A DNA stretch of 62,545 nt, the filler included. It is 7 parts of 7 records of this genome, joined end to end, with 100 filler letters (N's around TTAATTAATTAA, not from the genome) between each part and the next. Parts side by side here need not be neighbours in the genome. Positions count along the whole stretch, not along the records: positions 7,735 to 27,746 come from SRR2962707_3254; positions 27,847 to 35,144 come from SRR2962707_3258; 5 more parts are not named here. The stretch is one strand, 5' to 3'. How positions within the stretch are numbered: position 1 is the first letter of the stretch; every line of letters starts with the position of its first letter. The translations under genes were made by a program, and so were the position numbers. Shown piece after piece: positions 19,294 through 28,023 of this stretch. The notes under the pieces are model-generated. The model ran no database searches. It was given only the letters and a program-made list of their open reading frames with translations, and was not told the DNA's origin.

Positions 19294-20337
19294 ATGACAA
19301 AAGAGAATATGAAGCTGAGCCGCCGGTCCATGCTGCGTGGCGCGGCCGTCGCGGCGGTCGCATCACCTGCGCTGGTTGGCAAAGCGATTGCCGCAGGCGA
19401 GGTCACCTGGCGCGTTCAGGCACATTGGCCCAAGGCATCCAGTTCCTTTACCGACAGCTTGGGCGTTGTCGCAGCACAGCTTGAGGAAAAAACCGAAGGC
19501 GCGTTCAAGCTGGAACTGCTGGGCGCGGGCGAATTCGCCAAGGGGCCTGACATCTACAACATCGTGCGCAAGGGCGTTGTGCCGATGGGCACGATCAGCC
19601 CGTCCTATATCTCGGATCAGGCGGAAGCGGCGACATTTGCCTATGGCATCCCCGGTACCCTGCGCCAGGCGTGGGAAATGGAACACGCGATTAAGAACCT
19701 CGGCGTCGAGGCGCTGGTGAACGAAGACCTGAACGCAGACGGCGTTCATATGATGTGCGAAAAGGTACTGCCAACCGAAATGGTTGTGTCGAAGAAGATC
19801 GAATCCGCAGCCGATTTCAAAGGCCTCAAGATCCGGTCCTCGGGTGCGATGCTGGATTATCTGGCGGCTGCCGGCGCAGCCCCGCAGTACATTCCCGGAT
19901 CGGAATTGTATCAATCGCTGAGCTCGGGTGTTGTGGATGGCGCACATTGGGGCGCTGCCATTGGCGCGCAATCCATGTCCCTGTGGGAAGTTTGTAAATA
20001 CCACTACAAGCCGGTTCTGGCGCAAACCACAGATGCGTTCATCTTCAACCAAGATGCGCTAGAGGGGCTGCCCGATGACCTGCGCAGCGCCTTGGTTGAT
20101 ACGATCACAACACGGTTCTTCCTGCGGTCGGCTGAATATCAGCATTTCGAAGCGATTGCGTTGGCCGAAGGTGTGGCCAACGAGGGCATCGAAGTGATGC
20201 AACTGCCTGACGATGTGCTGGAAATGCTCTCGACCGCCTCGGCTCAGATCCTCGAGACCGAAGGCCAGAAGGGCGAGAAAGCAGCCAAAGCGGCTGACAT
20301 CTATCGCACATTGATGAAGGACATGGGCTACGTCTAA
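19294..20337 (+). CDS. dctP: TRAP transporter substrate-binding protein with Tat signal
   Basis: SRRSMLRG twin-arginine leader, FKGLKIRSSG, ELYQSLSSGVVDG, and GGGAGG RBS. Confidence 0.92.
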   Translation: MTKENMKLSRRSMLRGAAVAAVASPALVGKAIAAGEVTWRVQAHWPKASSSFTDSLGVVAAQLEEKTEGAFKLELLGAGEFAKGPDIYNIVRKGVVPMGTISPSYISDQAEAATFAYGIPGTLRQAWEMEHAIKNLGVEALVNEDLNADGVHMMCEKVLPTEMVVSKKIESAADFKGLKIRSSGAMLDYLAAAGAAPQYIPGSELYQSLSSGVVDGAHWGAAIGAQSMSLWEVCKYHYKPVLAQTTDAFIFNQDALEGLPDDLRSALVDTITTRFFLRSAEYQHFEAIALAEGVANEGIEVMQLPDDVLEMLSTASAQILETEGQKGEKAAKAADIYRTLMKDMGYV

Positions 20338-20360
20338 GCCCAATTTCCTATCGCTTTGAT

Positions 20361-20398
20361 AAATCGGGCGGCGCGCATGTGGTGCGCCGCCCGGTTTT
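20361..20398 (+). terminator. Stem-loop between dctP and dctQ (mRNA stabiliser or partial terminator)
   Basis: 12-bp GC stem CGGGCGGCGCGC / GTGCGCCGCCCG (one G-U pair) followed by GTTTT. Confidence 0.65.
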
Positions 20399-20420
20399 CG
20401 CACAAAAGGAGCATGCCGCC

Positions 20421-20987
20421 ATGATGCAACTGGCCCGTACTATCACACGTGTGAACCAATTTATCGGGCGATGGGTATCGCTGGGTGTCTTGGTGATTTT
20501 TGTCCTGCTTCTGGCCGATGTCGTGATGCGATATCTGGTAGGAAGCCCGACCATCTGGACAGCTGAACTGGCCACGTTGATCTTTGGTGTCTACGCGATC
20601 ATCGGCGGCGGCTATCTGCTGACCGAGCGCGGGCATGTGAATGTCGATATCTTCTATGGCCGCATGTCGCGCAGGCGCAGGGCATCGGTGGACATACTGA
20701 CATGGCCGCTGTTTTTGCTGTTCGTGGGCGTGCTGCTTTGGCAAGGCTGGGACATCGCATCCGAAGCGATTGCCGATATGGAACGGTCAAATTCCGTCTG
20801 GAAGGCCCCGCTGTGGCCCACCAAGGCGCTTATCCCCGTGGCTGCCATCTTGCTGTTGCTGCAAGGCATCGTGCGCTTGTGGTCGGACATCCGTGTGTTG
20901 CGCGGGCTGCCGATCCCCGAGGATGTGTTTGGCAAACCCGGTGATCCGGACCGAGACGAAACAAATACTCAGGAGAAGCAAAGATGA
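20421..20987 (+). CDS. dctQ: TRAP small permease
   Basis: Four TM helices, VVMRY, WTAEL and GHVNVDIFY motifs, AAGGAG RBS. Confidence 0.9.
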   Translation: MMQLARTITRVNQFIGRWVSLGVLVIFVLLLADVVMRYLVGSPTIWTAELATLIFGVYAIIGGGYLLTERGHVNVDIFYGRMSRRRRASVDILTWPLFLLFVGVLLWQGWDIASEAIADMERSNSVWKAPLWPTKALIPVAAILLLLQGIVRLWSDIRVLRGLPIPEDVFGKPGDPDRDETNTQEKQR

Positions 20988-22297
20988 GCGTCGAACTCCT
21001 TACCTTGCTGTTTTTCGGCGCATTGCTGTTGTTTTTGATGCTGGGAACGCCGCTGGCCTTTGTGCTGGGCGGTGTTTCAGTGGTGTTTTTGTACTTTGAG
21101 ATGGGAACAATCGGGTTCTATCTGCTGGCCTCGAAGATGTGGGAGACGATGCAATCGCCGACCCTGATGGCGGTGCCGCTTTTCGTGTTCATGGCGATCT
21201 TGTTGGAAAAATCAGGGGTCGCGAATGACCTTTACGATATGATGCACCAATGGTTTGGGGGCCTGCGCGGCGGCTTGGCCATCGGGACGGTTCTGATCTG
21301 CGTGATCTTTGCCGCCATGTCGGGGATCTCCGGTGCGGCTGTTGTCACAATGGGGACCATCGCGCTGCCCAAGATGCTTGAGCGGGGGTATGATAAAAAG
21401 CTGGCGCTAGGGGCCATTAATGCGGGCGGCGGATGGGGCATCCTGATCCCGCCCTCGATCCTGATGGTGCTTTATTCGCTGCTGACCGAAGTATCGGTTG
21501 GCCGTCTTTTCGCAGCGGGCATTGGGCCGGGGTTGACCCTGTTCGTGCTGGTCTCGCTGTACATCGGCGGGCGCTGCTGGCTTCAACCGCATCTGGGCCC
21601 GGCCTTGCCCGTCGAGGAACGTGCTGATTGGTCGCAAAAGATCAGATCACTCAAGGCGGTGATCCTGCCGATCATGATTGTGGTGATTGTTCTGGGTGCT
21701 ATTTTTGGCGGTTTCGCCACCCCGACCGAGGCCGCAGCCATCGGTGTGTTCGGGTCACTTGTAGCGACTTTGATCAACGGGCAGCTCACCTGGAAGGTGT
21801 TGCACGACGCGTCGATTGCCACGCTCAAGCTGACGGCGCTGGTGATGTGGATCCTGTTCGCGGCACATGCGTTTTCGACAGCCTACACGGCATTGGGCGC
21901 GCAAAGCCTGATCTCTGATCTGATGGGATATATTCCCGGCGGGCGTTGGGGCGCGTTGTTCTTTATGCTGGTCTTGCTGTTCTTTTTCGGGATGGTTCTG
22001 GACCCTGTCGGCATTATGCTGATCACCTTACCGGTGTTCTTGCCCGTGGTGCGCGATGCAGGGTTTGACCCGATCTGGTTCGGCATCTTGTTCATCATCA
22101 TGATGGAGGTGGGATATATGACGCCGCCCTTTGGCTTTAACCTGTTCTACCTCAAGGGGGTGGCACCGCCTGATGTCACTATGGGCGACATCTATGCATC
22201 GGTCTTCCCCTATGTCGTGGTGACGCTGATCGGGGTTGCGCTGATCATCCTGTTCCCCGAGATCGCCTTGTATTTCCCACGGTTGTTCTACGGCTGA
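20984..22297 (+). CDS. dctM: TRAP large permease
   Basis: LMAVPLFVFM, GILIPPS, ATPTEAAA and MTPPFGFNLF motifs. Confidence 0.95.
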   Translation: MSVELLTLLFFGALLLFLMLGTPLAFVLGGVSVVFLYFEMGTIGFYLLASKMWETMQSPTLMAVPLFVFMAILLEKSGVANDLYDMMHQWFGGLRGGLAIGTVLICVIFAAMSGISGAAVVTMGTIALPKMLERGYDKKLALGAINAGGGWGILIPPSILMVLYSLLTEVSVGRLFAAGIGPGLTLFVLVSLYIGGRCWLQPHLGPALPVEERADWSQKIRSLKAVILPIMIVVIVLGAIFGGFATPTEAAAIGVFGSLVATLINGQLTWKVLHDASIATLKLTALVMWILFAAHAFSTAYTALGAQSLISDLMGYIPGGRWGALFFMLVLLFFFGMVLDPVGIMLITLPVFLPVVRDAGFDPIWFGILFIIMMEVGYMTPPFGFNLFYLKGVAPPDVTMGDIYASVFPYVVVTLIGVALIILFPEIALYFPRLFYG

Positions 22298-22329
22298 TCC
22301 GGGGCGCAAGATGCGTCATTCGAAACTGT

Positions 22330-22365
22330 AAACGCCGGCCCGAGACAAATCGGGCCGGCGTTTTT
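22330..22365. terminator. Intrinsic terminator between convergent dctM and C45 genes
   Basis: AAACGCCGGCCCGA-gacaaa-TCGGGCCGGCGTTT perfect 14-bp inverted repeat with a T-run on +. Confidence 0.85.
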
Positions 22366-22373
22366 ATGCGGTC

Positions 22374-23471
22374 TCAGGCAACGTCGACGCCGCTTGGTAA
22401 GAACCTGCGCCAGTCGGGGTGTCGCCCTGCGGCATAATCCATGCCGATCTTGACCCAGTCGATATCGCCAGCGTGATACGAGGCTGTCGCGCCCACAGAG
22501 CCGTAGCGCACTTCACGCGTACCTTCCTCGAACGCATCAAGCGACTGCGCCCAGACGTCGCCATCCCAATGCAGGGTCATCTGGCGGCGCAGCGGTTCGT
22601 ATTCTGCGGTAAACAGCGTGCCAAACCCTTCGGCGTAGCGATCCTGTTTCAGCGGGGCTTGGGTGAACCGACCGACGAGGGTGGCGGGCGCGGCACCCTC
22701 GGACAACACGCCGTTCAGGTGCTTTGACCGCTCGAACGTGCGGGTAAAGGTACCGCGATCAGGTGTGCTGCCATCGGTCTGGTGGTTGGTGGCGACAAGG
22801 CGCGGCTGCACCTTGGCACCGCCACCGGCATACATCTCGACGCTTGCTGCCGCCCCCGACGCATCTGCAACGACCACGTTGTAGGGCATGTGGGATGGCA
22901 CGCGTTGCAATACACGCAAAGCCTGAGGAACGGTTTCGCAGGTCTCGAGCACGTAGCGCAGGATCGTGGTGATCCCGAAACCGCGCCCGGTTTCCTGCCG
23001 CCCGCCATAGGCCAGCGCGATACTAAGGCCTGCGTCATTGATCCCGTCGGACAGCCCCCACAGGAATTCCACCATGCCCATGACACGCCGACCCGTCCAG
23101 GTGCTGTGCAGCAGCAAGCCTTCGTTCAGGTCGGGCGACAGATCGTAATTGCGCACTAGGCGGATGTCGTCCTTGGACGTTGCAACAGCCAGCGAACAAC
23201 CCCCCAGATAGCTGGGCGGACACCATGTGGACAGGAACTGCGCCGCGCGGTCCGATCCACCGGCAAGCTTGGTCAGCTTGGCATGCACGGGGGCCAGCTC
23301 GGGCATATATTGGCGCAATGCGGCTTCGCAGGCGGCGCGGTCGGGGCCGTTGTCACCGCCACGTGCGGTGAACCATGCCTCGTAAGCGGGCCAGGAACGT
23401 TGCCAACGGGCGGCCCATTTGGGGCCGGGGGTTGCTTCGCTGATGGCGTCAAAGGTCAGGGAATGGGTCAT
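22374..23471 (-). CDS. C45-family autoproteolytic Ntn-hydrolase/acyltransferase
   Basis: G-G-C-S self-cleavage/nucleophile site, LVRNYD, LSDGINDAGL and ATNHQ motifs. ATG at 23471 lies 1 nt past the esterase stop. Confidence 0.82.
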   Translation of the reverse strand: MTHSLTFDAISEATPGPKWAARWQRSWPAYEAWFTARGGDNGPDRAACEAALRQYMPELAPVHAKLTKLAGGSDRAAQFLSTWCPPSYLGGCSLAVATSKDDIRLVRNYDLSPDLNEGLLLHSTWTGRRVMGMVEFLWGLSDGINDAGLSIALAYGGRQETGRGFGITTILRYVLETCETVPQALRVLQRVPSHMPYNVVVADASGAAASVEMYAGGGAKVQPRLVATNHQTDGSTPDRGTFTRTFERSKHLNGVLSEGAAPATLVGRFTQAPLKQDRYAEGFGTLFTAEYEPLRRQMTLHWDGDVWAQSLDAFEEGTREVRYGSVGATASYHAGDIDWVKIGMDYAAGRHPDWRRFLPSGVDVA

Positions 23472-23472
23472 A

Positions 23473-24567
23473 TCATGCGCCTTTCGTAGGCAAATTAAGG
23501 AAGAACCGCACCATTTCGGCGCTGGCAGCGGGGCCATCGGGATCAGTGTATGATCCGGTGCTGTCGCCGCCTGACCACGCGTGCCCAAGACCCGCGATTG
23601 TCCAATGCTCCATCACGGCATGCCCTGCGTGGGAAAGGGTTGTGCTGCGGGTGAAGTTGCGGTTCTTGATGCTGCCATCGTCGACCACTTGTGCACCTGT
23701 TGCAGCATCTTCGGCGATATGCTGGCCGTTTTTTACATGCACTGTGGCATCGGCATCGCCATGAAACACAATTGACGGGATCGGTTGCGTTTCATGATTG
23801 CGCGTGCTGCCCGCGCCCATCGCGGCAAAGGCCGATGGCACGTCATGCGCCGCCTTATAGGGCAGCCCGGAATGGGCACCGATGGCGCTGAACACGTCAG
23901 GATGGGTCTGGCCTAGAACAACCGACATTGCCGCACCGGCGGATAGGCCCGCAACAAAAACGCGGCCCTCGGCAACGCCATGATCGCCCTGCATTTGACG
24001 CGCCAAACCCGCAAGGATCGCAGGTTCGCCCGCATCGCGCGTTTGGTCGCCGGTGGAATACCAGTTCCAGCAGGATTGCATATTCGCGCCGCGTGATTGC
24101 GCGGGGTACACCACGATCAGCCCATGGGTATCGGCCAGCTGGTTCATGCCCGTACCCTTGGCGAAATCAACAGGCGATTGTTTGCAGCCGTGCAACATCA
24201 TGATCATGGCCGCCGGTTTGCGCCCCTTCAGGTCAGGGATATATACGCGATAATCACGGCTGCCTTGGGGGCATTCAAAACGTGCCGCCTCAAAGCGCGC
24301 GCCCGGTGTCAGGGGCGGCTCCGTTACATCGGCGGCAGTCGTTGCCGATTGCGCCATGCCCGCGTTGAGACCGGCAAGCGTTTCGCGCAGGCTTCGTCCG
24401 ACCCTCGGTTTCCCGAACGGTTTTTTCGAGGATTTCGCCATCTGATCCAGCGCGGCCAAGCCACCACCCCGAAGCGCAGTTTGTATCGTCTTTGTGGCCC
24501 CTACAGGGTTGCCTGCGCGAACCAGCTTGGTCGCGCGACGTAGGGCCGACGTGAATTTATCTGTCAT
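23473..24567 (-). CDS. PHB-depolymerase-family (LpqC-like) esterase, no signal peptide
   Basis: LHGCKQ, CWNW, GLSAG lipase box, HGDAD and GHAWSGG motifs, AAGGA RBS. Confidence 0.9.
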   Translation of the reverse strand: MTDKFTSALRRATKLVRAGNPVGATKTIQTALRGGGLAALDQMAKSSKKPFGKPRVGRSLRETLAGLNAGMAQSATTAADVTEPPLTPGARFEAARFECPQGSRDYRVYIPDLKGRKPAAMIMMLHGCKQSPVDFAKGTGMNQLADTHGLIVVYPAQSRGANMQSCWNWYSTGDQTRDAGEPAILAGLARQMQGDHGVAEGRVFVAGLSAGAAMSVVLGQTHPDVFSAIGAHSGLPYKAAHDVPSAFAAMGAGSTRNHETQPIPSIVFHGDADATVHVKNGQHIAEDAATGAQVVDDGSIKNRNFTRSTTLSHAGHAVMEHWTIAGLGHAWSGGDSTGSYTDPDGPAASAEMVRFFLNLPTKGA

Positions 24568-24597
24568 TTCGGTATCCTTAACTGAATTAAGAAGGGG

Positions 24598-25014
24598 TTA
24601 GCTGATCCGTGCGCCAAGGGCTTTTTTCACCTCTGGGCTGGCTTGTAGTGCGCCCAAAACGTTGATCGACCCGATGGTGGCAAGGGCAAGTTCGGGCGTC
24701 ACGTCATGTGCGATTCGTGCAAGGCCCACGACCTTGATGTGCAACAGCTCGTTGGCGGCCTGCACGGCCTCAAGATCGGCGGCGGTATAGTCGCGCAGGC
24801 CCATTTCCATGGTGTGCCGGTCAATTGACTGGGCCACGCTGCTTGACTGGTGATCCAGCTGCTTGCGAATGGCAGTGCGAATAAAATCGCTCCGGTTCGA
24901 ATAGAAGCCTTCTTGTACCAGCAAATCAATCCGGCCCAGATCGACAAAGCCTAGATTGATGGTGATTTTCTCATTGTCCGGCATCTTGTCCCGGATTTTT
25001 CTAACGTTGCTCAA
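24598..25014 (-). CDS. CopG/RHH-family transcriptional regulator
   Basis: EKITINLGFVDLGRIDLLVQEGFYSNRSDFIRTAIR ribbon-helix-helix. TTG start has GGAG 7 nt upstream. Confidence 0.85.
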   Translation of the reverse strand: MSNVRKIRDKMPDNEKITINLGFVDLGRIDLLVQEGFYSNRSDFIRTAIRKQLDHQSSSVAQSIDRHTMEMGLRDYTAADLEAVQAANELLHIKVVGLARIAHDVTPELALATIGSINVLGALQASPEVKKALGARIS

Positions 25015-25023
25015 ATCAATTCT

Positions 25024-25049
25024 CCATCCATGTGGATGGTATATGGATG
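25024..25049. promoter_or_regulatory. Candidate operator: CCATCCA-tg-TGGATGG palindrome plus third TGGATG half-site
   Basis: Inverted repeat at 25024-25039 and direct copy at 25044-25049 (11-bp period). It abuts the RBS and overlaps a possible -10 of the CopG gene. Confidence 0.65.
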
Positions 25050-25222
25050 TATTGCGCTGGTTTGCAACCGGTGCGCTGGATTTATCGCCATATTCGGCCA
25101 ACATCCGCTGGGGTAGCGGCAGTTGCGCAAATCTTAGGCGGTGCTGGCACGAAAATAGGCCACGACGACATGTCGCGGCCTATCAATTACGGCGCAATCA
25201 TCGGTGGTTGAAACCGGCTAGG

Positions 25223-25594
25223 TCACGTCTCGAGGTCTGGGTACACGCGGCGCAACGTTTCAATCAGCTTTTGGCTGCTGACCGGCTTTTTCACAACGCG
25301 ATCATCAGGCCCGAGAAAGCTGATCTGGTCAGCGTCATAGGCGGTAATAAAGACGAACGGGATGTTGCGTTCGCGCAGGATGTCAGCAACCGGTTTTGAG
25401 GTTTTGTTGTTCCCCAAATTCACGTCAAGAAAGGCAATGTCGATATCGCCTTCACGTGCTTTGGCTTTGGCATCTTCCAGATGGATGGACGGGCCTATGA
25501 CGTTAAAGCCGATATCCTCAAGGATATCCGTCATTTCAAACGCCACAACGACTTCGTCTTCTACGATAAAAATATTCTGAGGTGTATTGCCCAT
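25223..25594 (-). CDS. Single-domain response regulator receiver
   Basis: IFIVEDE, AFLDVNL phosphoacceptor, FITAY and KKP motifs. TAATG overlap with the kinase. Confidence 0.92.
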   Translation of the reverse strand: MGNTPQNIFIVEDEVVVAFEMTDILEDIGFNVIGPSIHLEDAKAKAREGDIDIAFLDVNLGNNKTSKPVADILRERNIPFVFITAYDADQISFLGPDDRVVKKPVSSQKLIETLRRVYPDLET

Positions 25595-26685
25595 TACTCT
25601 GCCTGATCTTCCGTGTTTTCCGGCATTCTAAGATGCCATTTATATCCCTCAGGCCCGAAATCCGTTGTGATTTCTCCGCCTGTCTCCATTTGCAATGCAC
25701 GGCCCGTGATAAAGCTGCCAAAACCCGTTTCGCTTGGTTTCTCTGCAGCGGGGCCGCCTTCCTCATTCCAGTGGAGTTCTATAACCGAACCATCCGCAGT
25801 ATCAGTTTGTTCCCAAGACAAATTGACGCGCCCCTCGGGGACCGACAGCGCGCCGTATTTCAGGGCGTTGGTGGCAAGCTCGTAAAATGCCATCGAGAAC
25901 GACAATGCTTGGCGCGAGGGGACCTCGATCTTGGGGCCGTTCAGAAAAATGCGGCCATGTCCGATGGGGTCCAATACGTCTGCGGCAACGGCACCGATCT
26001 CGGCGCGGCCCCATGTGGTGCCGACCAATTTGGAATGCGCCAAAGCATAGGCGTTTAGCCGTTGATCGATGGTTTCACGCAGCCCGCGTTGAACGCTCAT
26101 TTTCCGCAAGGATTGGCTGACGATGGATTTGACCACGCTGAACGCGTTCTTCACGCGGTGGTTCAGTTCGGCAATCAGGATATTTTGAGCCTCACGTAGG
26201 CGGCGTTCTTCGTCGATGTCGATCAACGCGACCGATGCGCCGATGCGTGTACCATTGGCGTCTACCACGGGTTTGCCGATGATGCGCATCCAGAACCGCG
26301 TGCCATCACCCCGTTGGTAATTCACGTCGATTTCGGAATGCTCTTCGCCATCGCGGATAACGCGCGACAGCGGGTATTCGTGGCTTTTAACCTGGCGGCC
26401 ATCCTCGTGAAACGACACCCACCCACCGTAAGAGTCGGCATCTTCGGAATGGATCACAGGGTGGCGCACCATCTTTTCGACATGGCTATTGCCATAGATG
26501 ATCTTGCCGGTCTCATCGGCCATTACGACGCCGACCGGCACAGTTTCCATCATTGCCTCAAGAAAGGTCAAGCGAACGGATTTACTTCCCGAGTTATTCT
26601 TAGCTGTTTCGGCTTCTTTGGCCGCCAATGCGTCTTGTAGGTGCACAAGTTCTGCCGCCATCTCGTCAATAGATCTTGTAGGCAT
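25594..26685 (-). CDS. PAS-containing HWE histidine kinase (soluble)
   Basis: PAS (..RGDGTRFW..), ELNHRVKN H-box, ELATNALKYGALS, WNE and GFGS motifs. Confidence 0.92.
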   Translation of the reverse strand: MPTRSIDEMAAELVHLQDALAAKEAETAKNNSGSKSVRLTFLEAMMETVPVGVVMADETGKIIYGNSHVEKMVRHPVIHSEDADSYGGWVSFHEDGRQVKSHEYPLSRVIRDGEEHSEIDVNYQRGDGTRFWMRIIGKPVVDANGTRIGASVALIDIDEERRLREAQNILIAELNHRVKNAFSVVKSIVSQSLRKMSVQRGLRETIDQRLNAYALAHSKLVGTTWGRAEIGAVAADVLDPIGHGRIFLNGPKIEVPSRQALSFSMAFYELATNALKYGALSVPEGRVNLSWEQTDTADGSVIELHWNEEGGPAAEKPSETGFGSFITGRALQMETGGEITTDFGPEGYKWHLRMPENTEDQAE

Positions 26686-26932
26686 TTAAATCCTAGGCCC
26701 TTTCGCTGTGTTTTATGTGACATAATCCGCGCTAACGATCTGTCCAACGCAATGATGCGCGCGCGGATCGAAAACGATACATCTTTTTTGCGCACGCTCT
26801 CTAATCAACTGAAAATACGTAAGATTCAGTTCGTCACCTTTCAAAGCGGCGTGCGGTTTTTTGCTCACGGGGTACCCGCGCCGCGAATGAATGCAGCGTT
26901 TGGTCGCCTGTCAGCGGACGGTATGTGCTGTG

Positions 26933-27746
26933 TCAGTTCCGCACACCCGCGAATTTTTCGGCCCATTCCTCGCGCTGTTCGTCGGTGATTTTGGCGAATA
27001 GAACCTCGGGCACGTCAAACGCGTGGCCGGGGGCAAGCTGGCCAAGTGCGGCGGGCACATCATCGGGCCATTGGGCATTTTCCACATGCATGCTTTCTAA
27101 CATGCTGGCGGCTGCGGTGGGGATAAACGGCGCAGACAGCACCGCGTAAAGCGGGATCAGATTCAGCGCCAGACGCACCTGAGCCGCCGCTTTGTCGGGG
27201 TCGGTTTTGAACGTGGTCCAAGGTGCCTCGGCTTGCAGGTATTCGTTGCCCGCAGCCCAGATCGCACGCAATTCAGCGGCGGATTTACGAACTTCCATGG
27301 CCTCCATCGCGGTTTGGTAACGCGCGACGCGTTCGGTCAGGTCCGCGATCAGCGCATGTTCGGCAGGGCCGTATTCGCCAGCCGATGGCACGTCTTCGCT
27401 GAATTTCGAGCGGCAAAATTTGGTGATCCGGCTGATGAAGTTGCCCAATACGTCGGCCAAATCCTTGTTCACCGAGGCTTGGAAATTCTCCCATGTGAAT
27501 TCCGCATCGGATGTTTCCGGCGCGTGGCTCAGCAGCCACCAGCGCCATGTATCGGCGGGCAGGATTTCCAGCGCCTGATCCATGAACACGCCGCGCCCGC
27601 GCGAGGTCGAGAACTGCCCGCCGTCATAGGTCAGGTAGTTGAAGGATTTGATGTAATCGACCAGCTTCCATGGCTCGTTGCTGCCCATGATCGTGGCCGG
27701 AAAGCTCAGCGTATGGAAGGGCACGTTATCCTTGCCCATGAACTGG
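26933..27746 (-). CDS. metG: Methionine--tRNA ligase, C-terminal part (truncated by contig end)
   Basis: [26 protein letters not shown], and [10 protein letters not shown] anticodon-binding motif. Confidence 0.92.
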
Positions 27747-27846
27747 NNNNNNNNNNNNNNNNNNNNNNNNNNNNNNNNNNNNNNNNNNNNTTAATTAATT
27801 AANNNNNNNNNNNNNNNNNNNNNNNNNNNNNNNNNNNNNNNNNNNN
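27747..27846. other. Artificial contig spacer
   Basis: N44-TTAATTAATTAA-N44. Confidence 0.99.
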
Positions 27847-27872
27847 ACTCACTCACTCACTCACTGACTCAC
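27847..27872 (+). repeat. (ACTC)n microsatellite at contig start
   Basis: actcactcactcactcactgactcac. Confidence 0.9.
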
Positions 27873-28023
27873 GCACGTGCGCGCGCACGAACACACGAAC
27901 TCACGTGTGAAGAAATTGCGTGACTTCTCATTCGCTCACCTCAGTTTTCTTTTTCGGTAAGCTTCGTTTCTGCACGTCTCGCCAACAGTCCCGCCGCTTG
28001 ACGCCGCTGTGTAGCACCCCAGT

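Noticed and set aside
8268..22309. Many antisense and alternate-frame ORFs over bacterial genes
   Set aside because: Shadow ORFs expected in GC-rich coding DNA. They have no motifs and overlap well-supported genes.
23472..23588. Longer 404-aa start for the C45 gene
   Set aside because: It overlaps the esterase C-terminus. ATG 23471 gives tight coupling and a family-like N-terminus.
26916..26940. EcfG-type promoter (GGAAC..CGTC) upstream of the HWE kinase
   Set aside because: The spacer is 15 nt, the -10 is imperfect, and the -35 lies in the last codons of metG.
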